The notes under the pieces were generated by a model, which had not been told where the DNA came from, made no database searches, and saw only the letters and a list, made by a program, of their open reading frames with translations. From Vicinamibacteria bacterium (GTDB lineage Bacteria; Acidobacteriota; Vicinamibacteria; Fen-336), in NCBI GenBank assembly GCA_035691285.1, contig DASSJI010000003.1, positions 282-64,281 of the forward strand: a stretch of 64,000 bases of DNA. Direction: 5' to 3'. Below, one piece after another: positions 51,676-64,000 of this stretch (its first letter is position 1; each line of letters opens with the position of its first letter). Made by a program: the position numbers and the translations under genes.

Positions 51676-51900
51676 AAGTGGCTCCGCACAAGCTGCGTGC
51701 CTCGCCTCCGCTCGCGGGGCGGAGTCGAAGCACGCGGGTTGTCTCGGCTCGGTTTCCCGAACGTGGCGTGCGCGACGCCCAGCGGGCCCGCCCGACATCA
51801 GCCGTGGGTCGCGCCACTCCCGCACTTGGCTCGCGACCGGCCCGCGTGATAGCCTCGCGCGTTTTGGACGGGTCCCGAGGGACCCCGAAGCGGAGTGGGA

Positions 51901-53046
51901 ATGGCAAGAAACGGGCGACACCTCTTCACCTCGGAGTCGGTCACCGAGGGGCATCCCGACAAGATCGCGGACCAGATCTCGGACGCCGTCCTGGATGCCC
52001 TGATCGCGCAGGACCCCACGAGCCGCGTGGCCTGCGAGACGATGGTCACGACCGGCCTGGCCTTCATCGCCGGCGAGATCACCACCAAGGCCTACGCCGA
52101 CCTGCCCACGATCGTGCGCGAGACGATCAAGGGCGTGGGCTACACGCGCGCCAAGTACGGATTCGACTACGAGACCTGCGCCGTGATCTCCGCGATCCAC
52201 GAGCAGTCGCCCGACATCGCGATGGGGGTCGACCCGGGCGGCGCCGGGGACCAGGGGCTGATGTTCGGCTACGCCTGCAACGAGACCGACGAGCTGATGC
52301 CGCTGCCGATCATGCTGGCGCACAAGCTCACGCGGCGCCTCAGCCAGGTTCGCAAGGAGGAGATCCTCGACTACCTCCGCCCGGACGGCAAGAGCCAGGT
52401 GACGGTCGAGTACGAGGGGGACCGGCCCGCCCGCGTCGAGGCGGTCATCGTCTCCGCCCAGCACAGCGATCTCGTGAAGATGGAGACGATCCGCGAGGAC
52501 ATCCTGGAGAAGGTCATCCACTGCGTGATCCCGCGCCAGCTCCTCGACGAGAAGACGAAGTACTTCATCAACCCGACGGGACGCTTCGTGGTGGGCGGGC
52601 CGCAGGGCGACTGCGGCCTCACGGGCCGCAAGATCATCGTCGACACCTACGGCGGCGTGGGCAGCCACGGCGGCGGCGCCTTCTCGGGCAAGGACCCCAC
52701 GAAGGTGGACCGCTCGGCGTCCTACATGGCGCGCCACATCGCCAAGAACATCGTGGCCGCCGGCGTCGCGGAGAAGATCGAGCTGCAGATCGCCTACGCG
52801 ATCGGCGTGCCCGATCCGGTCTCGATCATGGCGGACACGATGGGCACGGGCAAGGTCGAGGAGGCGAGGCTCGTCGACGCCATCCGCCAGGTCTTCCCGC
52901 TCTCGCCCCGGGGCATCATCGAGTACCTCGACCTGCGCAAGCCGATCTTCAAGGCCACGGCGGCGTACGGACACTTCGGCCGCCCCGACTTCGCTTGGGA
53001 GCGTACCGACAAGGCCGAGGCCCTGCGCAAGCTGTTGCTGAAGTAG
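51901..53046 (+). CDS. metK: S-adenosylmethionine synthase
   Basis: ATG at 51901 with GGAG 5 nt upstream. [58 protein letters not shown] and [16 protein letters not shown]. Confidence 0.9.
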   Translation: MARNGRHLFTSESVTEGHPDKIADQISDAVLDALIAQDPTSRVACETMVTTGLAFIAGEITTKAYADLPTIVRETIKGVGYTRAKYGFDYETCAVISAIHEQSPDIAMGVDPGGAGDQGLMFGYACNETDELMPLPIMLAHKLTRRLSQVRKEEILDYLRPDGKSQVTVEYEGDRPARVEAVIVSAQHSDLVKMETIREDILEKVIHCVIPRQLLDEKTKYFINPTGRFVVGGPQGDCGLTGRKIIVDTYGGVGSHGGGAFSGKDPTKVDRSASYMARHIAKNIVAAGVAEKIELQIAYAIGVPDPVSIMADTMGTGKVEEARLVDAIRQVFPLSPRGIIEYLDLRKPIFKATAAYGHFGRPDFAWERTDKAEALRKLLLK

Positions 53047-53059
53047 GCGACGGACAGCC

Positions 53060-54784
53060 GTGACGCGTCGCCGCCGGGCTCTGCTGGGATGCCTGGCGGC
53101 GGTCGTCGCCGGCTGGGCCTGGCTCGCGAGCCGGGGCCCGCTGCCGGTGTCGGGCCCGCCGCCCGACGACGGCTACGTCCGCGTGCCCGGGGCCGTTCAC
53201 GTCCACACGACCCTGTCCGATGGCGGAGGCACCCCCGCCGAGGTGGCCGCCGCCGCGCGCGCGGCCGGGCTGGGGTTCGTCGCGATCACCGACCACAACA
53301 CGGTGGAGGCGAAGCCGTTCGAGGGCGTGCACGACGGCGTGCTGACCCTCGTAGGGACGGAGATCTCGACGACGGCGGGCCACGTCCTCGCCCTCGGCGT
53401 GAAGGACCCGGCCTATCGCTTCTCGGGCGACGCGCTGGACGCGCTCCACGACGTCCGGGACCTCGGGGGCACGGCCTTCGCCGCGCACCCGCTGAGCCCC
53501 CGAACCGACTTCCTGTGGACCGGCTGGGGGCTTCCAGGACCCTGGGGAATGGAGCTCTGGAACGGCGACAGCCAGTGGCGCGCGGCGGGGTGGGGAAGGC
53601 TCCTGCGCACCGCCGCGGTCTACCTCGTCAACCCCCGCCACGCGCTGCTCGGCTCGCTGAGCCCGCCCGGCGACGCCCTGGCCCGCTGGGACCGCCTGCT
53701 CGCGGACCGGAGGGTCGCCGGCCTGCTCGGCGCGGACGCCCACAGCCGCCTGCCGCTCTCGAAGCGCTTCGCCCCCCGTTTTCCGTCCTACCGGGCGCTC
53801 TTCGAGCTGGCCCGGAACTACGCGGTGCTCGACGCGCCGCTCTCGGGGGACGCGCGTCGGGATGCCGAGGCGATCGTCACGGCACTGGCCCGGGGCCGGT
53901 GCTACGTCGGGATCGACGCGCTGGCCTCGGCCGCGGCCTTCTCGTTCGTCGCCACGGCGGGATCCGAGCGATTCACCATGGGCGACGCCGCGCCCCTCGA
54001 GGCCAGGCCCCGTCTCCGGGTGGCAGCGCGCGCCCCGCGGGGCAGCCGGGCGCGCCTGCTCCGGGACGGCGAGCTCGTCGCGCGCTCCGAGCCGTCCGGG
54101 GAGGCCGGCTTGCGCCTCGAGGCCGAGGCGGACCTGCCGGGCTGCTACCGCGTCGAGGCACGCGTCCCGGGGCACGAGCTGCCGTGGATCCTCTCGAACC
54201 CGATCTGCGTGCACGATGCGAAGGCGCGGGCGGATCGCGAGGCGCGATCCTCCTGGCCGGACGACCCACCGCCTCCGGCCCCGAAGGCCGTCCTCGCGGA
54301 TCCCGCAGCGTTCGTGGTGGAGGCCGACCCGTCGTCGGAGGCGCAGCACGACGTCCGCGTGCCGGGGGGAGGCCCGCGTGGCGGGCCGGCAGCGAAGCTC
54401 GCGTTTCGACTCGGTCGGCCGGAGCCCGGGCGACCCTTCGTGTGGTGTGCGCTGGTGAACCGCGAGCCGCGCGACCTCAGCGGCGCCCGGGGGCTGGTGT
54501 TGTGGGTCAAGGCCGATGGCGAATACCGCTTCTGGGTCCAGTTTCGCGACGAGAATCCCGCCGCCAGGGACGAGGGCGTCGAGCCGTGGTTCGCGTCGGT
54601 GCGCACCTCGCGGGAGTGGCGGGCGGTGGCGGTGCCGTTCGCGCGCCTGCGCTCGATCCACCCGCAGACGGACGGCAGCTTCGACGCCGCCCGCGTCCGG
54701 GCCCTCGTCTTCGTGGTCGACCACGGAGCGGTGAAGCCCGGGACGGCGGGAACGATCTGGATCGCGGAGCCGGCCGTCTACTAG
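53060..54784 (+). CDS. PHP-domain (CehA/McbA-like) metallohydrolase with an N-terminal anchor and a C-terminal CBM/CIA30-like beta-sandwich
   Basis: 574 aa. GAVHVHTTLSDGGGTPAEVAAAARAAGLGFVAITDHN and GADAHS are PHP histidine motifs. The C-terminal ~170 aa (LVLWVKADGEYRFWVQFRDE...) looks like a carbohydrate-binding or CIA30-type domain. Confidence 0.65.
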   Translation: MTRRRRALLGCLAAVVAGWAWLASRGPLPVSGPPPDDGYVRVPGAVHVHTTLSDGGGTPAEVAAAARAAGLGFVAITDHNTVEAKPFEGVHDGVLTLVGTEISTTAGHVLALGVKDPAYRFSGDALDALHDVRDLGGTAFAAHPLSPRTDFLWTGWGLPGPWGMELWNGDSQWRAAGWGRLLRTAAVYLVNPRHALLGSLSPPGDALARWDRLLADRRVAGLLGADAHSRLPLSKRFAPRFPSYRALFELARNYAVLDAPLSGDARRDAEAIVTALARGRCYVGIDALASAAAFSFVATAGSERFTMGDAAPLEARPRLRVAARAPRGSRARLLRDGELVARSEPSGEAGLRLEAEADLPGCYRVEARVPGHELPWILSNPICVHDAKARADREARSSWPDDPPPPAPKAVLADPAAFVVEADPSSEAQHDVRVPGGGPRGGPAAKLAFRLGRPEPGRPFVWCALVNREPRDLSGARGLVLWVKADGEYRFWVQFRDENPAARDEGVEPWFASVRTSREWRAVAVPFARLRSIHPQTDGSFDAARVRALVFVVDHGAVKPGTAGTIWIAEPAVY

Positions 54785-54787
54785 GCC

Positions 54788-54816
54788 TTGACACGTCCTG
54801 GCGTCCGCTATATCCT
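54788..54816 (+). promoter_or_regulatory. Candidate promoter of the sahR-like/ahcY genes (TTGACA-17 nt-TATCCT)
   Basis: A perfect -35 TTGACA at 54788-54793 and a -10-like TATCCT at 54811-54816 with a 17-nt spacer. The ATG is at 54834. Confidence 0.45.
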
Positions 54817-54831
54817 TCAATCCGGATATAG
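54808..54831. promoter_or_regulatory. Perfect palindrome CTATATCC-N8-GGATATAG: candidate operator of the ArsR-type regulator
   Basis: The 8-bp arms at 54808-54815 and 54824-54831 are exact reverse complements. The palindrome overlaps the putative -10 and ends 2 nt before the ATG of the ArsR-methyltransferase gene. Confidence 0.5.
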
Positions 54832-54833
54832 GG

Positions 54834-55792
54834 ATGGCTACGGCTCCGGTGCGACCCGAGGCGCTGCTGGGCTGGATGGGCACGCTGGCCGACGCGACGC
54901 GCCTGCGCCTGCTGCGCCTGCTCGAGCGGAACGAGCTCCAGGTGCAGGAGCTGTGCGACGTCCTGCAGCTTCCCCAGTCGACCGTGAGCCGCCATCTCAA
55001 GGTCCTCGCCGACCAGGGCTGGGTCGCGAGCCGGCCGCAAGGCACCACGCGGCTCTATCGCATGACGGAGGCCGACGCCGGCGCGCGGCGTCTCTGGCTC
55101 CTGGCCAGGGAGCAGCTGAACGGCTGGGCCACGGCGAGGCAGGACCACCTTCGGCTCACGCGCCGCCTCGCGGAGCGTCAGCCGGAGGCGCAGGCGTTCT
55201 TCGCCGGCGCCGCGGGGCAGTGGGATCGCCTGCGGCGGGAGCTCTACGGGGACGCTTTCGCCCAGGCCGCGCTCCTGGCGCTCTTGCCCGCCGCGTGGAC
55301 CGTGGCGGACCTCGGCTGCGGCACCGGCCATGCGGCCGCGGCCCTCGCGCCCTTCGTGCGACGCGTGATCGGCGTGGATCAGTCCGCCGCGATGTTGAAG
55401 GCCGCCCGGCGGCGCGCCTCCGGCCTCGCGAACGTCGAGCTGCGCCAGGGCAGCCTCGAGGCATTGCCGATCGGCGATGCCGGCGTGGACGCCGCGCTGC
55501 TCCTGCTGGCGCTCAGCTACGTCGACTCGCCCCGCGCGGCGCTGCTCGAGGCCGGGCGCGTCCTGCGCCCGGGGGGGCGCCTCGTGGTCGTGGACCTGCT
55601 CCGGCACGACCGCGAGGAGTTCCGGCGCCGGATGGGCCAGCGCTGCCTCGGCTTCGAGCCGGCGGAGCTCGAGGCCCTGGCGCGCGAGGCCGGCTTCGTC
55701 GAGTCGACCGCGCGGCCCCTGACGCCCGAGCCGGAGGCGAAGGGGCCGGCGCTCACGCTCTTGTCCGCATCGAAAGGATGGAAGGGAGACGC

Positions 55793-55796
<4 letters not shown>
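54834..55796 (+). CDS. ArsR-family HTH regulator fused to a SAM-dependent methyltransferase-like domain (SahR-like)
   Basis: 320 aa. [45 protein letters not shown] (ArsR wHTH). [10 protein letters not shown] (methyltransferase motif I) and [11 protein letters not shown]. The stop overlaps the ahcY ATG (ATGA). Confidence 0.75.
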
Positions 55797-57259
<1,463 letters not shown>

Positions 57260-57317
57260 CGGGAGCCGGGCGAGGGACGCCCCCGTGTCGGGTTAGGATT
57301 CCCCCGGGGGCGGACCC

Positions 57318-57653
57318 TTGAAAGGCACCGATCGCTACCACGTCGACGGCGTGCTGTGCCGGCTCGACGACCGGGCCCTGCGCGTGGTGAACATGAGCGT
57401 GGGCGGCTTCTTCGTCGAGTGCGCCGAGCCGCTCCCGCGGGGGACGTCGGCCCGCTTCGAGCTGCGCCTGCCCGACGGCCGCGCCCTCTCCATGACGGGC
57501 CTCGTGACCTGGATCAACGAGCCCTCCGCGCCGCGCAAGGCCTACCTGCCGCCCGGCTTCGGCGTCAAGATCCAGCGCATCGCGTTCCCGGACAAGATGA
57601 CGCTCCTGGCGCTGCTGCGGGAAAGCCCGCCCGAGGCGATGCGCCAGCGCTAG
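57318..57653 (+). CDS. PilZ domain protein
   Basis: 111 aa, TTG start. DRY....RVVNMSVGGFFVE...G....F.L..PDG is the c-di-GMP-binding PilZ pattern (RxxxR-like / DxSxxG). Confidence 0.6.
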   Translation: MKGTDRYHVDGVLCRLDDRALRVVNMSVGGFFVECAEPLPRGTSARFELRLPDGRALSMTGLVTWINEPSAPRKAYLPPGFGVKIQRIAFPDKMTLLALLRESPPEAMRQR

Positions 57654-57663
57654 GCCGCGGGCG

Positions 57664-60084
57664 CTAGGTCTCGAGGGTGAGCATCAGGTAGAGCCCGGCC
57701 GCGCCGAAGAGGAGGTTCGGCGCCCACGCGGCCAGGAGCGGAGGCAACAGGGCGTTGTTGCCGAGGTTCTCGAAGATCGCGAGGCAGGCCCAGTAGACCA
57801 TCGCGATGACGATGCTGATGCCGATCCCGTACAGGGCGCCGCGGCGGCCCACCACGAACGCGAACGGGATTCCGATCAGGGTCATCACGATCCCGACGAG
57901 GGGGAAGGCCGGCTTGCGGTGGAGCTGGACCCGCAGGCGGGTCACGTCGAGGCCCATGGCCTCCAGGGTCGCGATGTGGCCGCGCAGCTCGTCGAAGCGC
58001 AGGGTGTCCGACTCCCGCTCCTCGCGCTTGAAGTAGCCGGGCCGCTCGAACTCCCGGGTCTTGACCTGGGTGAACGGGCGGAAGGCCCCCTCGCCTTGGA
58101 AGCTCCGCCGCCAGCCGTTCTCGAGCGTCCACGCGTCGCGCTCGGCGTCCCACACGGCGCGCCCGGCGAAGAGGCGCTCGCGCAGGCTCCAACGCTTCAT
58201 GTCGAGGTCGTAGATCCACACGGCGAAGAGAGACAGCTCCTCGCTCCCGGGCGGTCCGGGGTTCGCGAAGTCGTAGTTGTAGAGGCGGCCGTCCGCCCCG
58301 ACGACCCAGCGCCGGTGCAGGAGCGTCGTGGACTGCGGCGGCCGGCCCTTGATCACGTTGAAGTCGCGGCTCGCGACCCGGTTGCTCGCGGGCAGCAGGA
58401 ACTCGGTCATCGCGAACAGCGCGCCGCTCGCGGCGAGGCCCAGGGCCAGCACGGCCAGCGTGCCTCGATAGAGGCTCACGCCCCCGGCCTTCATCGCCGT
58501 GATCTCGTTGCGGCGGCTCATGATGCCGAAGGTGGCGAGGGTGGCAACGAGGACCGCGACCGGCGCTATCAAGTGCAGGATCGCCGGCGAATAGAAGAGG
58601 TAGTAGTGCAGCACGAGCGCGCCCTTGATCTTGTGCTGCTGGATGTCGTCGAACAGGTCGAGGAAGTGCGTGAGCAGGTAGATCGAGTGGAACGCCGCGG
58701 TCACCAGCACGAGATGGCCCAGGTACTGGCGCGCGATGTAGCGGTCGAGGATCCCGGGGAACGTGGCCGGCAGGCTGGGGCGCGGCAGGCGCAGGACCAC
58801 CACGGGGCGCCGGGAGCGCGCAGGGCCAGGCGCGGCGCCAGGCCTCGGGCCGCTCGCGCGCCGGAGCTGCGGGAGCCAGCCTGCGTAGTTCGAGGGATCG
58901 AGCGGGTCGAAGGCCGCCTCGCGATGGTTCTTGCGGAGCAGCGCGAGGGCCAGCGCCCCGCGCACGATGTTCGCGCCCCACATGGCAGCCCAGGGCGGCA
59001 GCAGGCCGGTGTCGCCGGCCTGCTCGCCGAGCCGGAGCAGCACGTAGTAGACGAAGATCACGGCGATCGACAGGGCGAACGCGGCCGAGCGCGCCTCCTT
59101 CTTGCTTCCGAGGGACAGGCCGAGTCCCAGGAGCCCGAACACGACGCAGGCCACGGGGATCGCGAACTTCTTGTGCCACTCGACCTTGAACGGGGCGGCG
59201 GCGAGGGGCCGCTTGCCCTGGGCGCGCAGCTTCTCGTCCTCGGGCGCCATGGCGCGGATGCGCTCCTCGAGCTCGCCGAGGCTCATCTCCCGGTCGCCCT
59301 TGGACAAGGGCGTCGGGGGAAAGAACGTGTCGGTCGGGAGCGGCAGGTCCGACTCCACGAACTTCTGGAAGGTGTCCGTGGCCGGCTCGGCCGGCTTCAC
59401 GGCGTAGATCGAGCCGTCCTCGAGGTGCATCGAGACGGTCTTGCGCGGCTCGTCGACCACGAGCTGGCCGCGCCGCGCCAGGATCACCTTGGGGTCGCGG
59501 GGCTCGCGGACGTCGTGGATGAAGATGTCCTTCCATTGATTCGTGTCGGCGGCGATGTCCGACACGTACAGCACCATCCCCGGGACGAGGTCGTCCTCGC
59601 TGAACACCCGGGGCTTGACCGCCGTCCGGGCCTTGTTGACGACCAGCGAGAACATCACCTGGCGGTGGGCCTGGTTCGCCGCCGGCAGCGCCACGGACAT
59701 GATCCAGAACGTCGCACCGCCGGTCAAGAGCGCCAGGGCCAGGACCGGGCGGAGCAGGCGGATCGGGCTCACGCCGCTGGCGCGCAGCGCCACGATCTCG
59801 CTGTCGCTGGCCAGGCGCCCGAAGGCGAGCAGCACCCCGAGCAGGAAGGCCATCGGGATCGTGACGGAGAAGATGCTCGGCAGCAGGTAGACGAACACCC
59901 TGAGGATCGTCCCGGGAGGCGCGCTGCGGGCGATCAGGATGCCCATGAGCAGCGTCACCTGCTGGAGCAGCAGGATGAAGGTGAAGAGGAGCAGCCCGAG
60001 GCCCGTCGGGGCCAGCATCTCCTTCACGATGTACGTGTCCAGGAGCGTCGGACGCAGCGCCCCTTTGAAGTTCATCCGAGGCAT
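57664..60084 (-). CDS. Fused LPS export ABC permease LptF::LptG (two YjgP/YjgQ modules in one ORF)
   Basis: One uninterrupted reading frame. The first module is [28 protein letters not shown]...ALRASGVSP.... An Arg/Pro/Gly-rich linker follows. The second module is [27 protein letters not shown]...[10 protein letters not shown].... Start is ATG at 60084 (MPRMNFKG) or 60075. Confidence 0.8.
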   Translation of the reverse strand: MPRMNFKGALRPTLLDTYIVKEMLAPTGLGLLLFTFILLLQQVTLLMGILIARSAPPGTILRVFVYLLPSIFSVTIPMAFLLGVLLAFGRLASDSEIVALRASGVSPIRLLRPVLALALLTGGATFWIMSVALPAANQAHRQVMFSLVVNKARTAVKPRVFSEDDLVPGMVLYVSDIAADTNQWKDIFIHDVREPRDPKVILARRGQLVVDEPRKTVSMHLEDGSIYAVKPAEPATDTFQKFVESDLPLPTDTFFPPTPLSKGDREMSLGELEERIRAMAPEDEKLRAQGKRPLAAAPFKVEWHKKFAIPVACVVFGLLGLGLSLGSKKEARSAAFALSIAVIFVYYVLLRLGEQAGDTGLLPPWAAMWGANIVRGALALALLRKNHREAAFDPLDPSNYAGWLPQLRRASGPRPGAAPGPARSRRPVVVLRLPRPSLPATFPGILDRYIARQYLGHLVLVTAAFHSIYLLTHFLDLFDDIQQHKIKGALVLHYYLFYSPAILHLIAPVAVLVATLATFGIMSRRNEITAMKAGGVSLYRGTLAVLALGLAASGALFAMTEFLLPASNRVASRDFNVIKGRPPQSTTLLHRRWVVGADGRLYNYDFANPGPPGSEELSLFAVWIYDLDMKRWSLRERLFAGRAVWDAERDAWTLENGWRRSFQGEGAFRPFTQVKTREFERPGYFKREERESDTLRFDELRGHIATLEAMGLDVTRLRVQLHRKPAFPLVGIVMTLIGIPFAFVVGRRGALYGIGISIVIAMVYWACLAIFENLGNNALLPPLLAAWAPNLLFGAAGLYLMLTLET

Positions 60085-60092
60085 CGTAGCAT
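60065..60092 (+). promoter_or_regulatory. Candidate acs promoter (TTGAAG-16 nt-TAGCAT)
   Basis: TTGAAG at 60065-70 and TAGCAT at 60087-92, followed by GAGGAGG (60101-07) and GTG at 60116. It overlaps the 5' end of the divergent lptFG gene. Confidence 0.4.
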
Positions 60093-60115
60093 GCGCTCCC
60101 GAGGAGGTGACGGCG

Positions 60116-62058
<1,943 letters not shown>

Positions 62059-62059
<1 letters not shown>

Positions 62060-62979
62060 TGGACCGGATCACGGTCTACGCGCCGGGGTCGTCGTCGAAC
62101 CTCGGCGCGGGCTTCGACTGCCTGGGCCTGGCCCTCGAGGGCTGCGGGGACCGCGTCACGGCGTCGCGCTCGACCCATCCGGGCGTGCGCGTCGTTTCCG
62201 CTTCCGACCCGAGAATTCCCCTCGAGAACAACCGCAACACGGCCGCCCTGGCCGCCATGGCGGTGCTGCGGCGCGCCGGGGAGGAGTTCGGCATCGAGCT
62301 CGAGATCCAGAAGGGCCTGCCGCTGGCCGCCGGCCTCGGCGGCAGCGCGGCCTCCGCGGTGGCGGGCGCCGTGGCCGCGCAGGCGCTGGTCCAGGCGCAG
62401 CTGTCGCGGGACGGCCTGCTCGCCGCGGCGCTCGAGGCGGAGGCGGCGGTCTCCGGGGGCCGGCACGCCGACAACGTCGCGCCCTCCCTGCTCGGGGGCG
62501 CGGTGCTCGTGGCGTCCCAGGAGCCGCTGCGCCTCACGTCGGTGCGCGTGCACCCGAGCTTCTCGTTCGTGCTGGTCACGCCGGACTACTCGGTGGAGAC
62601 CGCGACGGCCCGCCGCGCGCTGCCCGAGAGCGTCTCGCGGCAGGACGCGGTGGAGCAGTCCGCCCACCTCGCCGGCCTCGTCCTGGGCCTCGAGCGGGGC
62701 GACGCCGATCTCGTCCGCGACTGCATGACCGATCGCATCGCCGAGCCTGCCCGGGCCGCGCTGTTCCCGGGCTACCTGTCGGCCTTCGCGGCGGGAATCG
62801 ACGCCGGGGCGACCGGCGTCGCCGTGAGCGGCGCCGGCCCCACGCTGGTCGCCGTCGTGGCGGGAGGCGCCGCGACGCCCGTCGCGCGGGCGATGATCGA
62901 CGCCTTCGCGAGGAGCGGCCACCGGGCGACGAGCCGCGAGACGCGCGTGGACAAGGCCGGCGCCCGGGTCGCCGGTTGA
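62059..62979 (+). CDS. thrB: Homoserine kinase
   Basis: The GTG at 62059 overlaps the acs TAG by 1 nt. APGSSSNLGAGFDCLG, GLPLAAGLGGSAASAVAG (GHMP kinase motif), HADNVAPSLLGG and VSGAGPT. Confidence 0.85.
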
Positions 62980-64000
62980 AGAGGGCGGCGGGACCGGCCC
63001 AGGCCGTCGTCTGCGACGCCTGCGGCGAGCGCTTCTCCGCCGAGCGCCTCCTGTCGCAGTGCCCCTGCGGCGGCCTGCTCGCGATCGAGCAGCGGCCGCG
63101 GCTCCGAGGCGCCTCGCTGCGCGCGCTCTTCGAAGGGCGCCGCGGCGAGGACGCGGTCGGCCGGGGGAGCGGCGTGTGGCGCTATCGCGAGCTGCTCCTC
63201 GCAGGGCGCGCCTTCGTGACCCACCCCGAGGGCAACACGGCCCTCTACCGCCGCGAAGCAGTGGCGGCCTGGGCCGGCGTCCCGGACCTGGCGCTGAAGC
63301 ACGAGGGCGAGAACCCGACGGGCTCCTTCAAGGACCGCGGCATGACCGTCGCGGTCACGCAGGCCGTCCGGGCGGGCGCCACGGCCGTGGCGTGCGCGTC
63401 GACGGGCAACACGTCGGCCTCCATGGCGGCCTACGCGGCGCAGGCGGCCCGGCCGGCTCTGGTGTTCGTCCCGGCGGGAAGGGTGGCGGCGGGGAAGCTG
63501 GCGCAATCGCTGGCCTACGGCGCGCGCACGCTCCTGGTGCGGGGCGACTTCGACGCGTGCCTCCGGCTCGTGCGCGAGGCCTCGGAGCGGCTCGGGATCG
63601 CTCTTCTCAACTCGATCAACCCCTGGCGCATCGAGGGCCAGAAGACGATCGTGCTCGAGATCCTGCAGCAGAGGGGCTGGGACCCGCCCGCCTGGATCGC
63701 CGTGCCGGCGGGAAACCTGGGGAACACGTCGGCCTTCGGCAAGGCGCTGCGCGAGGCGAAGGCCTTGGGCCTCATCCGGCGCGTCCCGCGCCTCGCCGCG
63801 ATCCAGGCGCGAGGCGCGAGCCCCTTCCATCGGGGCTACCGCGCGGGCTTCCGCCGCCGCTTCGCCGTGAAGGCCGACACGGTCGCGACCGCGATCCGCA
63901 TCGGCGACCCGGCGAGCTGGGAACGGGCCGTGCTCGCGATCCGGGAGACGCGCGGCGTGGTGGAGGCCGTGAGCGATCGGGAGATCCTCGAGGCCAAGGC
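62976..64000 (+). CDS. thrC: Threonine synthase (5' part; continues beyond the window end)
   Basis: Absent from the ORF track because there is no stop in the window. My translation from TTG 62976 (overlapping the thrB TGA) gives LKRAAGPAQAVVCDACGERF...LKHEGENPTGSFKDRGMTVAV...ACASTGNTSASMAAYAA...NSINPWRIEGQKT. The SFKDRG PLP-lysine motif is present. Confidence 0.85.
   Translation, partial: MKRAAGPAQAVVCDACGERFSAERLLSQCPCGGLLAIEQRPRLRGASLRALFEGRRGEDAVGRGSGVWRYRELLLAGRAFVTHPEGNTALYRREAVAAWAGVPDLALKHEGENPTGSFKDRGMTVAVTQAVRAGATAVACASTGNTSASMAAYAAQAARPALVFVPAGRVAAGKLAQSLAYGARTLLVRGDFDACLRLVREASERLGIALLNSINPWRIEGQKTIVLEILQQRGWDPPAWIAVPAGNLGNTSAFGKALREAKALGLIRRVPRLAAIQARGASPFHRGYRAGFRRRFAVKADTVATAIRIGDPASWERAVLAIRETRGVVEAVSDREILEAK

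Noticed and set aside
51739-51770. A possible fourth copy of the CACAGAG-type repeat (TTGTCTCGGCTCGGTTTCCCGAACGTGGCGTG resembles the right end of copy B).
   Set aside because: Only about 30 nt resemble the element. The left arm and the CACAGAG/CTCTGTG heptamers are absent, so the similarity could be chance in GC-rich sequence.
51642-51900. A SAM-I, SAM-II or SAM-IV riboswitch, or a tRNA or other known ncRNA, in the metK upstream gap.
   Set aside because: By eye I could not find the conserved cores (the GGCAACC / GGUGCUAAUUCC elements of SAM-I, or a T-loop GGTTCGAATCC for a tRNA). It is kept only as an unclassified structured leader. A covariance-model scan is needed.
57301-57310. The CCCCCGGGGG palindrome and neighbouring GC-rich stretch after ahcY as an intrinsic terminator.
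   Set aside because: A 10-nt palindrome without a loop cannot form a stable hairpin of useful length, and no U-tract follows. I could not define a convincing stem-loop.
57646-57668. The GCGCTAGG direct repeat around the convergent PilZ and lptFG stops as a regulatory or recombination site.
   Set aside because: There are only two 8-nt copies, both explained by the two TAG stop codons in GC-rich context. There is no supporting structure.

Overview
This is a GC-rich (judged by eye, not computed), tightly packed chromosomal segment from a diderm bacterium, shown by BamA, Skp, LpxA/LpxI, LptE/F/G and LolCDE. I cannot assign a lineage from sequence alone. The DUF4388, PilZ and ArsR-methyltransferase genes, together with CACAGAG-type intergenic repeats, are reminiscent of Acidobacteriota or Myxococcota-like genomes.

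I support 55 protein-coding genes, almost all core metabolism or envelope biogenesis:
- a leuB-like dehydrogenase plus a fused aconitase-family dehydratase
- thiolase, 3-hydroxybutyryl-CoA dehydrogenase and crotonase
- ribH-nusB and lysS
- lolCE-lolD, clpC, and bamA-skp-(fabZ::lpxA)-lpxI
- tonB and a SpoIID-like gene
- miaA and deoB
- yceD-rpmF-plsX-fabD-fabG-acpP-fabF
- etfBA and ETF-QO
- sdaA, an HDAC-like gene, leuS-lptE-holA, rpsT, murJ and xerD
- metK, a PHP hydrolase, a SahR-like regulator and ahcY
- a PilZ gene, lptF::lptG, and acs-thrB-thrC

I found no rRNA, tRNA, CRISPR array, prophage or transposase. The many very long antisense or alternative-frame ORFs in the track are Arg/Pro/Gly/Ala-rich high-GC artefacts.

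I did not recognise a self-contained novel multi-gene system such as a defence or secretion island. The observations most worth a second look are:
1. A family of palindromic CACAGAG/CACGGAG-rich intergenic elements (three copies) that fill whole stop-to-start gaps. One of them extends the ribH ORF with a highly basic tail.
2. Three unusual gene fusions: FabZ::LpxA, LptF::LptG, and a permuted LeuD::LeuC-like aconitase-family protein.
3. A SAM-cycle cluster with an ArsR-methyltransferase (SahR-like) regulator. A perfect 8-N8-8 palindrome overlaps its promoter.
4. A triple CCCTTGA/TCAAGGG half-site array overlapping a near-consensus promoter upstream of the yceD-rpmF-fatty-acid operon.
5. A long structured leader upstream of metK.

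All functional calls come from visual motif recognition in the supplied translations, not from database searches.
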